In this document: positions 56,961 through 64,000 of the stretch, piece after piece
Layout: each line of letters begins with the position of its first letter
Position numbering within the stretch: the first letter of the stretch is position 1
Notes under the pieces: generated by a model
The model's database searches: none
What the model saw: the letters and a program-made list of their open reading frames with translations, nothing else
Told to the model about the DNA's origin: nothing
Translations under genes and position numbers: made by a program
From: Candidatus Limnocylindria bacterium
GTDB lineage: Bacteria > Chloroflexota > Limnocylindria > Limnocylindrales > CSP1-4
DNA length: 64,000 bases
Assembly: GCA_046566045.1 (NCBI GenBank)
Contig: JBKHXL010000066.1
Span: 26,985-90,984 of the forward strand
Reading direction: 5' to 3'

Positions 56961-58564
56961 GCTCGTTCGCCCGGCCCGCCCGGCGGCCGATCACCCGACC
57001 CCCGATCGGTCATGGGCGGGCTGGCGGCCGCAGCCGGCCGGGCGGTGATCATCCCCATGGCCAGGGCCCAGTACAGGCTCGCAAAGGTCAGGCCGCCGAG
57101 CAGGAGCGTTTCCAGAGTCCCCCCGACGACGATCGCGGCGGCGGCTGCGACAAGGGCCCACATCGACGGCTCCGTCAGGCGCCGCTCGACAGACCAGCGG
57201 CGCACGATGGTCAAGCCGGTGGCGACGACGATAGCCAGTACCGCCACGAGCCCGATGACGCCCATCTCGAGCGTCGTGCGAAGCCATGCGCTGTGCGACG
57301 TCAGACCGCGGTAGTAGGCGTTCGCGCCGGTCAGGAACGGTGCCAGGGCCTCAGCATTCGTACCGGGCCCATAGCCCGTCAGGGGCCGCCCGAGGATCGC
57401 CTCCACGCTCGCGGCCCAGATGATGCCCCGGCTGCTCGACTCAGCCCCGCCACGAACCGCGGCCGGAGGCGGCTCGGGGGTCGCTCCACCGGTGGCGGGT
57501 GCTTGGGGCAGCGCCACGTGGTTCACGACGTCTTCCTCCGTCTTGTCCGGTACGACATCGCCATAGCGTGTCTCGGCGATGTCGTACCTCGCGTTGGCGC
57601 CGATCGTGTTCGTCAGGAGCCCTGCCAGCATGACGCCCAGGACGACGAATGCGCCAACGGCAGCTCCATCGACAAACGATCGCCGCGGCAGTCCGGATCC
57701 GCGCGACCTGGCGCGCTCGACGACGATGACGGAGAAGACGAGCGCGCCCATGAGCGCCACGAACCAACCGGTGCGCGACATCGTCATGAGGATGGCCACG
57801 ATGATCAACGCGATCCCGAACGGCATGGCGCGGCGAGTTCGTGGTCCGACCATCCGCCGGATGGCCAGCAGCGAGAACAACGCGATCGACAGATTGAACG
57901 CCTGGTACCCAGGGGCCAAGTACGGTCCAGAGGCGCGCGGGATGATCAGGCCCGTGAGCGATTCACCAAGGCGAAGTTCCGTGATCAAGTATCTACCTAG
58001 GGGATCACCGAACGCCGGAACAGGACCGAGAAGCCACAGAGCAAGGCTCGCCGCGGCCAGCACGAGGCCGATGACCCCCGCGGTCGCCGCGAGTGCGAAA
58101 CGAGCCGTGACCGTCGTCAGCAGCGTTGGCGCAGCGATGAATGCGGTGCCGAGGGACAGGATGATCCCCCCAAGGTACGTCAGGCTCAGCCGCTGATCGG
58201 TCGACGTGATCGTCGAGATCCCCGCGGCAACCACATAGGCAACCAGCAGGATCGCCACGCTCCGCTCCGGCACCTGAAGCCGGTCGCGCCGATAGAGGCA
58301 CAGCGCAAGGGTTGCGACGCTGGTTGTCATGCAGATCAGCGTCGGGATATACCGACTCTCGGCGGGCAAGATCGGTGACCCCATCAACGCAGCGGCAAAC
58401 AGGAGAGCAAGGATCGGTGCCTCTGGTCGCCAGCCACTGGATAGGATGGCGCCGAGCGCAACGATCACCACCGCGAGCAGGACCGTCGGTCCTGATCCGA
58501 TCGGGCCGGCCAACCAGCTCGTCAGGACCGCTGCAGTCGCCAAGCTCGCTCCGCCAAGGACCAT
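56957..58564 (-). CDS. O-antigen ligase/polymerase-like membrane protein (Wzy_C domain)
   Basis: Polytopic, with the MTMSRTGWF segment and a large external loop. Stop overlaps the methyltransferase start (ATGA). The start is uncertain: ATG 58564, or further upstream up to 58804. Confidence 0.75.
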   Translation of the reverse strand: MVLGGASLATAAVLTSWLAGPIGSGPTVLLAVVIVALGAILSSGWRPEAPILALLFAAALMGSPILPAESRYIPTLICMTTSVATLALCLYRRDRLQVPERSVAILLVAYVVAAGISTITSTDQRLSLTYLGGIILSLGTAFIAAPTLLTTVTARFALAATAGVIGLVLAAASLALWLLGPVPAFGDPLGRYLITELRLGESLTGLIIPRASGPYLAPGYQAFNLSIALFSLLAIRRMVGPRTRRAMPFGIALIIVAILMTMSRTGWFVALMGALVFSVIVVERARSRGSGLPRRSFVDGAAVGAFVVLGVMLAGLLTNTIGANARYDIAETRYGDVVPDKTEEDVVNHVALPQAPATGGATPEPPPAAVRGGAESSSRGIIWAASVEAILGRPLTGYGPGTNAEALAPFLTGANAYYRGLTSHSAWLRTTLEMGVIGLVAVLAIVVATGLTIVRRWSVERRLTEPSMWALVAAAAAIVVGGTLETLLLGGLTFASLYWALAMGMITARPAAAASPPMTDRGSGDRPPGGPGERA

Positions 58565-58802
58565 CGCTCCGGCCGAACGCCCGTCCACTCCTGCCGCAGG
58601 CTGAGATCCGCGCGTACGGGACCATCGGGAAGACCCATCGACCGAGGGAGAGGCGTCGAGCGATCGCTGCTTGATAGCATTCACCGAAGGTACAGTCGAG
58701 CGTGAGCGGGCCGATTGTCGCAGGTTCGTGTCGCCATGCGTCAATTCTGGCGGTGCTGACACCCGAACGATGCCGACCTGGGCCTTCTGATACCCTCGAG
58801 CC

Positions 58803-60200
58803 ATGAGGATCATCGTCGTCGGCGCCGGATACGTCGGCCTGGTCACCGGGGTCTGCCTCGCCCGCACTGGTGAGCACGATGTAACGCTGGTCGAAACAGC
58901 GCCGAACCGCCTTGCTGAGCTCCAGGCCGGCATCATGCCGATCGAGGAGCCGGGGCTCGCCGCAGCGTACGCCGAGGCAGGCGATCGCGTTACCGTCGTC
59001 GGCTCCCTCGAGGCCGCCGAGGTTCCCGACCTCGTGTTCATCGCCGTTGGCACGCCCATCTCGGACACCGGCGAGTCGGATCTACGCCAGCTGCACTCCG
59101 CGACGACCGACCTGCGCAGGTGGCCTGACGTGGATGTCTCGGTCCGCAGCACACTCCCGCCTGGGCTGTCGGCCCGGCTTCCGCAGATGCTCGGTCGCAC
59201 CGACGGCGCCCGGCTCTCGACGAACCCGGAGTTCTTGCGCCAGGGCTCTGCCGTGCACGACTTCGAGCATCCATCTCGCATCATCTTCGGTCGCTTCCCC
59301 GAGACGACCGCTGCGCACCTCGCCGTGGTCGAGCGCGTGTACTCCGCCATCGAGGCCCCACGGCTGTACGTCGATGTCGCGGCGGCCGAGCTCATCAAGA
59401 ACGTCGCCAATGGCTTCCTCGCCCTGAAGCTCAGCTTCGTCAACGAGGTGGCGGCATTGTCCGAGGAGTACGGCGTCGAGGTCACCGAGGTCCTCGACGG
59501 GATCGGCCTGGATCCGCGGATCGGATCCGTCTACATGCGGCCGGGTCTCGGATTCGGCGGGTCATGCCTTCCGAAGGAGCTCCAGGTCCTCGCGTCGGCC
59601 GGTCGACGGCGCGGCCTATCGATGCACCTCTCCCGGGCGATAAGCCAGGTGAACGTCGAGCAGCAGGATCGGTTCGTCCGCCAGATCGTGGCGGAGATCC
59701 CGAAGCATGAGGGCCGGGTCGGACTGCTCGGATTGAGCTTCAAGGCCGACACGGACGACCTTCGCGGCTCACCTTCCCTGCACGTCGCACGCCGACTCCT
59801 TGAGGAAGGTGTGGTGGTGACTGCATTCGACCCGGCGGTTCGTCCGGATCGCGCGGTGTCCGCAGCGCCCGGCCTGCAGGTCGCGAGTCGCCCGGCGGAC
59901 GTCTTCGATGGCGCCGATGCCGTGGCCATCGGCACAGATTGGCCGCAGTTTGCGAATCTGCCTCTCGAGACACTCCGGGGCCGCATGCGGTACCCGCTCC
60001 TCTTCGATGGCCGCGGCCTGATCGCCGCCGCCGATGCCGCGGCGGCCGGCTTCCACTATCGAGGCGTTGGTCGTCAACCTCGGTCACCCATCGCCGCTGA
60101 GTCCGATCAGGGTGGGGCGGCCTCGGCATATCGACTGTCGTCGCCGAACAATTCGATCGACAGCGCGGCGAGCCTGGCCATGTCGAGGCGGAGGCGGTAG
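58803..60200 (+). CDS. UDP-sugar 6-dehydrogenase (UDP-glucose/GDP-mannose dehydrogenase family; Ugd/WbpA-like)
   Basis: IIVVGAGYVGLVTG and the catalytic Cys in GFGGSCLPKE. The last ~45 aa run antisense through the 3' end of the LCP gene. Confidence 0.9.
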   Translation: MRIIVVGAGYVGLVTGVCLARTGEHDVTLVETAPNRLAELQAGIMPIEEPGLAAAYAEAGDRVTVVGSLEAAEVPDLVFIAVGTPISDTGESDLRQLHSATTDLRRWPDVDVSVRSTLPPGLSARLPQMLGRTDGARLSTNPEFLRQGSAVHDFEHPSRIIFGRFPETTAAHLAVVERVYSAIEAPRLYVDVAAAELIKNVANGFLALKLSFVNEVAALSEEYGVEVTEVLDGIGLDPRIGSVYMRPGLGFGGSCLPKELQVLASAGRRRGLSMHLSRAISQVNVEQQDRFVRQIVAEIPKHEGRVGLLGLSFKADTDDLRGSPSLHVARRLLEEGVVVTAFDPAVRPDRAVSAAPGLQVASRPADVFDGADAVAIGTDWPQFANLPLETLRGRMRYPLLFDGRGLIAAADAAAAGFHYRGVGRQPRSPIAAESDQGGAASAYRLSSPNNSIDSAASLAMSRRRR

Positions 60201-61513
60201 TCGAAGACGTTCGGTCCTGTGGCCCGGACGGCGAAGGGAGGCCCGAGGACCTTCTGGACGACGTTCCCCGTATCGATCCCGAGCGCGATATCGATGAATT
60301 CGCCGACCCGGCCGGCCGGGAAGTTCGTATCGATCGTCTGACCGATCGCTCTGGTCAACTCCGGGATCCGCAAGAGGGTGTTCGACGTCGTGATCTCTTG
60401 TCGCAGGGCCAGCAGGAGCTGCTGTTGCCGCCGCGCCCGGCTGAAGTCGCTGTCCCCGACTCCCTTGCGCGTCCGCACATAGGCAAGCGCCTGCTCTCCG
60501 TCCAGGCGGTGCTCGCCGACCGACAGTCGGAACCCCATGCGGCCATCCGCCCAGCCATACGTGGGATCGTTGATCACGGTCTGGTTGTCGATGGTCACCC
60601 CCCCGACCGAATCGACCATCTGACGGAACCCGTCGAGGTCGATGGCCGCGTAATACTGGATCGGGACGCCGAGAAGGTGGCTGAGCGCTCCTGCCAACGT
60701 CGGCAGCGGCCCTTCCGGGAACTCCTCAGGGTGGTTGCGAGCCCAGGTCAGCAGGGAGTTGATCTTGCCCCGGAAGGTTCGGCCATCCGGCAACTCGAAG
60801 TCGGCGATGTCGCGCGGGAAGCTGACCATGGCGATCGAACCGTCGTGCGGGTCCACGCTGACCACGAGCAGCGTATCCGTCAAGGCCGTCTGTCGTGACT
60901 CCGAGGAGTCGATGCCGACGACCAGGACGTTGACTCGGGAGGTGGGGGTCTCGGGAGTCGAGAACGGCTGAGGTTGCACGTCCTGGCCCCCGATCACGAC
61001 TCCGCTGTTCGGTCCCGTGGACGCGGTGGCCTGGGGGACGACGGTCTCACCGACGAAGATGTCGCGGCCGGCCTCGTACATCGACCACGTTGCGGCCGCA
61101 ACCCACCCGTGGCTGCCCGCCACGACGACGGCAAGGATCACGAGCGCTACGGTGCCGCGACGTCGCTCCGGGGTGCCTGGCCGCGAAAGGCCGGTCATCG
61201 CTTCGGTCATGGCCACCACCCGCCAGACGGCAAGAAGCACGACCGTCACGCTGACGAGGATCGCACTCGACGGGTTGACGAAGAGCCCGACGAACGCGCC
61301 GAGGCCCTGGACCATGACTGCGGCGACGACGAGTGCGACGGCCACGGCAGGGGCCGCGAAGCCGATCGCCGCCCTGCGGCGGCCGGCGTACGCCTGACCC
61401 AGACCCGGAAACAGGAACGACAGGAACGCCGCCCCGGCGGCAGAGCGGCGTCGTGAAGTGGCGTCTCGGTCGGCTGGGCGCATGCGGGCGCGATGCGATC
61501 GGGGTCGGATCAA
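60107..61513 (-). CDS. LCP (LytR-CpsA-Psr) family glycopolymer transferase
   Basis: N-terminal TM helices, then VLVVGIDS...TDTLLVVSVDP, SFPRD and ALAYVRTRKG. An alternative ATG lies at 61483. Confidence 0.9.
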   Translation of the reverse strand: MIRPRSHRARMRPADRDATSRRRSAAGAAFLSFLFPGLGQAYAGRRRAAIGFAAPAVAVALVVAAVMVQGLGAFVGLFVNPSSAILVSVTVVLLAVWRVVAMTEAMTGLSRPGTPERRRGTVALVILAVVVAGSHGWVAAATWSMYEAGRDIFVGETVVPQATASTGPNSGVVIGGQDVQPQPFSTPETPTSRVNVLVVGIDSSESRQTALTDTLLVVSVDPHDGSIAMVSFPRDIADFELPDGRTFRGKINSLLTWARNHPEEFPEGPLPTLAGALSHLLGVPIQYYAAIDLDGFRQMVDSVGGVTIDNQTVINDPTYGWADGRMGFRLSVGEHRLDGEQALAYVRTRKGVGDSDFSRARRQQQLLLALRQEITTSNTLLRIPELTRAIGQTIDTNFPAGRVGEFIDIALGIDTGNVVQKVLGPPFAVRATGPNVFDYRLRLDMARLAALSIELFGDDSRYAEAAPP

Positions 61514-61621
61514 GGGCTAAGAGGCTCCCACGCGTGGACGGTTGGGCGCTATGGTCGCACAGGCCCTACCGGCACGCGTCGAGCCGACTCCCGTCGACCC
61601 GAGCCAGCAGGACCGGCCGAC

Positions 61622-62371
61622 CTACATCATCACCAGGCCGCCATCCACCGCGAGCACCTGGCCCGTGATGTAGGCCGCGTCGTCCGAGGCCAGGAAGGCC
61701 ACGGCCTGGGCGATCTCCTCCGGCGTCCCGAACCGTCCGAGCGGGGTGCGCTCGGTGATCTGGGCCTGGAGCGCGTCGGGCAGGTCCTGGGTCAGCTCGG
61801 TCAGCACGAATCCCGGCGCGACCGCGTTGACGGTGATGCCGCGCGAGGCGAGCTCGCGGGCGGTCGCCTTGGTCAGGCCGATGAGCCCGGCCTTCGCCGC
61901 ACTGTAGTTCGCCTGGCCGGTCTGGCCGGCCTGGCCGGACACCGAGGTGATGTTGATGATCCGCCCGGCGCGCGCCTTGAGCATCGGGCGGGTGACGGCC
62001 TTGGTCATCCAGAACGCCCCGGACAGGTTGGTGTCGATGACGTCGTTCCACGCCTCGGCGCTCATCCGCATGATCAGGTCGTCGCGGGTGATGCCGGCGT
62101 TGTTGACCAGGATGTCGACCTTGCCGAAGGCGTCGAGGACGGCCTTCACCACGCCCTCGGCCGAGGTCCCGTCGGCAGCGTCGGCCTGGACCGCCAGGGC
62201 GCGTCGGCCGAGCGCCTCGAGGGCGGCGACCGTGGCCTCGGCGGCGGCCGCGTTGCCGCGGTACGTGAACGCGACGTCCGCGCCCTGCGTGGCCAGGCGC
62301 AGCGCGATGGCGCGGCCGATGCCGCGCGACCCGCCCGTCACCAGCGCGCTCCTGCCGTCGAGTTCGATCAT
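61622..62371 (-). CDS. fabG: 3-oxoacyl-[ACP] reductase
   Basis: TGGSRGIG, NNAG, YSAAKAG (YxxxK). Confidence 0.95.
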   Translation of the reverse strand: MIELDGRSALVTGGSRGIGRAIALRLATQGADVAFTYRGNAAAAEATVAALEALGRRALAVQADAADGTSAEGVVKAVLDAFGKVDILVNNAGITRDDLIMRMSAEAWNDVIDTNLSGAFWMTKAVTRPMLKARAGRIINITSVSGQAGQTGQANYSAAKAGLIGLTKATARELASRGITVNAVAPGFVLTELTQDLPDALQAQITERTPLGRFGTPEEIAQAVAFLASDDAAYITGQVLAVDGGLVMM

Positions 62372-63576
62372 GCGTGGACTTCCGCTTGGGTGACCGCTGG
62401 TTCGTCCGGGACGACGTCGTCGAGGGGCACGTCGACCGGGCCGGGCCGGCGCATCAGTTCGACCAGGGCCGGCGGGATCGGGTCGACCGAGTCCCAGTCG
62501 ACCGGCAGGCGGACATGGACGTCCTCCGGCCGGACGGCGTCGTCGGCGCCGGCCCCGCGGGCCGGGTCGGCGGTCCAGGCGATGGTCGCCGCGCCGGATG
62601 TGAAGCCCGCCCCGAAGGCGACGATCGTGACGTGGTCGCCGATGCCCAGGCGGCCCTCGGCCACGGCCTCGGCCAGGGCGATCGGCACGGACGCCGCCGA
62701 GGTGTTGCCGTAGCGGTCGAGGTTGACGTACATCCGGTCCATCGGCAGGTCCAGGCCCTTGGCCACGGCCTCGACGATGCGGACGTTGGCCTGGTGCGGG
62801 ATGAACAGGGCGATGTCCGACGGCGCGAGGCCGGCCTTGCGGACCGACTCGAGGGCGGTCGTGGCCATCGTGCGGGTCGCGAAGCGGTACGTCTCGCGGC
62901 CCTCCATCCGGATGTAGTGCTCGCCGCGGGCGATCGTCTCGGCCGACGGCGGGCTCTTGGCCCCGCCGGCGGGCAGCCAGATCATGTAGGCCCCCTGCGG
63001 CTCGGTCGTCAGCTCGATGCCGAGGCCGCCGCCGGGCGCCTCGGACGCCGACAGCACGACCGCGCCGGCCCCGTCGCCGAACAGGATGCAGGTGCTCCGG
63101 TCGGTGTAGTCGAGGAAGCGGGTGAGCAGCTCCGCTCCGATGACCAGCACGTGGCGAGCCATGCCGCTCGTGATGTACGCCTGGGCCGTGGCATAGGCGT
63201 AGACGAAGCCGGAGCAGGCCGCCGACACGTCCATGGCCGCCGCCTTGTGGTTGCCGATGGCCTCCTTGACCAGGGCTGCCGTGGACGGCATCCAGTAGTC
63301 GGGGGTGAGCGTCGCCAGGATGATGATGTCGATGTCGTCGGGGTCGATCCCGGCGGTGTGGATGGCGCGCAGGGCGGCGACGGCGCCCATCGACGCGGTC
63401 GTCTCGTCAGCGGCCGCCACGCGGCGCTCGCGGATGCCCGTCCGGGCCACGATCCACTCGTCGTTCGTGTCGACCATCCGTTCCAGGTCGGCATTGGTCA
63501 GGACCTGGCTCGGGACGTAGCGCCCCCAGCCGGTGATGTGGGCGTTGACCACGGGACGCTCGGGTGACGTGCTCAC
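62368..63576 (-). CDS. fabH: beta-ketoacyl-[ACP] synthase III with ~68-aa C-terminal extension
   Basis: Cys-His-Asn triad contexts SAACSGF, PHQAN, GNTSAAS. GTG start overlaps the accB stop (GTGA). The typical family end (GAGFTSGAATIAW) is at aa ~334 of 402. Confidence 0.9.
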   Translation of the reverse strand: MSTSPERPVVNAHITGWGRYVPSQVLTNADLERMVDTNDEWIVARTGIRERRVAAADETTASMGAVAALRAIHTAGIDPDDIDIIILATLTPDYWMPSTAALVKEAIGNHKAAAMDVSAACSGFVYAYATAQAYITSGMARHVLVIGAELLTRFLDYTDRSTCILFGDGAGAVVLSASEAPGGGLGIELTTEPQGAYMIWLPAGGAKSPPSAETIARGEHYIRMEGRETYRFATRTMATTALESVRKAGLAPSDIALFIPHQANVRIVEAVAKGLDLPMDRMYVNLDRYGNTSAASVPIALAEAVAEGRLGIGDHVTIVAFGAGFTSGAATIAWTADPARGAGADDAVRPEDVHVRLPVDWDSVDPIPPALVELMRRPGPVDVPLDDVVPDEPAVTQAEVHA

Positions 63577-64000
63577 AGCGGTTCCACCTCGAGGAGGGGC
63601 TGCTTGGCCTTCACCAGCGTGCCGCTCTCCGGGATGACCCGGACGACCCGGCCGGCGAGGTCGGACTTGATCTCGTTGAACAGCTTCATGGCCTCGATCA
63701 GCCCGATGACCTGGCCGACCGCCACTTCCCCGCCGGCCTGGACGTAGGGCGCCGAGCCGGGCGCCGGCGACGCGTAGAAGATCCCCGTCAGGGGCGCCTT
63801 GACCGACGGGCGGCTGGGTGCCTCGCTCGAGGCCGCCCCGCCCGCGCCGGCCGATCCGGTCGCCGGGGCGCGGCTCGCCCCGCCACCGGCGTCCTCGCCG
63901 CCGCCCGTGACGACGACCGTCGAGGCGACCGCCGTCGGCTTGCGCAGGACGAGTTCCGTCGCGCCGGAGCCGATGGCCAGCTCGGACAGGTCGGAGCGCT
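63573..64000 (-). CDS. accB: biotin carboxyl carrier protein (partial, N-terminus outside window)
   Basis: The reverse-strand translation ends ...VAVGQVIGLIEAMKLFNEIKSDLAGRVVRVIPESGTLVKAKQPLLEVEPL*, with the EAMK biotinylation motif. A Pro/Ala/Gly linker lies upstream. Confidence 0.8.
   Translation of the reverse strand, partial: RSDLSELAIGSGATELVLRKPTAVASTVVVTGGGEDAGGGASRAPATGSAGAGGAASSEAPSRPSVKAPLTGIFYASPAPGSAPYVQAGGEVAVGQVIGLIEAMKLFNEIKSDLAGRVVRVIPESGTLVKAKQPLLEVEPL

Noticed and set aside
53282-61513. The lower-GC block as a prophage or integrative element.
   Set aside because: No integrase, recombinase, tRNA target, phage or conjugation genes, and no flanking direct repeats were seen. 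The content is entirely glycan biosynthesis, so cassette exchange within the locus is the more economical explanation.

Overview
64-kb chromosomal segment from a very high-G+C bacterium. The gene content (ThyX, PolX, an LCP/LytR-CpsA-Psr protein, a class III cyclase-STAND protein, many ATGA/GTGA-coupled operons) suggests an Actinomycetota-like monoderm, but the taxon cannot be proven from this window. I call 51 protein-coding genes (2 partial). I see no rRNA, tRNA, CRISPR array, transposase or integrase. Layout: (1) 0.2-1.6 kb: aldolase-like gene plus aquaporin. (2) 1.5-7.7 kb: five-gene Opp/Dpp-type peptide ABC importer. (3) 7.9-12 kb: sarcosine-oxidase-like flavoenzyme, Nudix hydrolase, CocE/NonD peptidase. 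(4) 12-17.7 kb: cNMP signalling island, with a class III cyclase-STAND-TPR protein, two stand-alone cNMP-binding proteins (one overlapping the start of a flavoprotein gene) and twin palindromic operators. (5) 17.7-21 kb: thyX, purine nucleoside phosphorylase and moaA around a 499-nt non-coding gap that holds a 38-nt tandem repeat, G-tracts and four DnaA-box-like motifs. (6) 21-24.3 kb: three uncharacterised proteins. (7) 24.3-33.3 kb: acs, MscS, an IclR/aminotransferase/FAD-oxidase cluster, DUF885. (8) 33.4-37.1 kb: an orphan two-gene operon. It pairs a TPR/beta-barrel protein with a poly-acidic tail and a 953-aa protein that looks like a degenerate DNA-methyltransferase with a Zn-ribbon and a nuclease-like module. 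This is my best candidate for an undescribed system. (9) 37.5-43.9 kb: a GAF-GGDEF gene, then GGDEF, PolX and a membrane protein gene joined by 4-nt overlaps. (10) 44-61.5 kb: cell-envelope glycan cluster (CapD, WecA-like, WbpA/B/D/E-like, two Wzx, Wzy-like, methyltransferase, LCP). Its distal half looks lower in G+C. (11) 61.6-64 kb: accB-fabH-fabG. Many long ORFs in the supplied track are antisense or out-of-frame shadows typical of high-GC DNA. All functional calls rest on motif recognition by eye; no searches were run.
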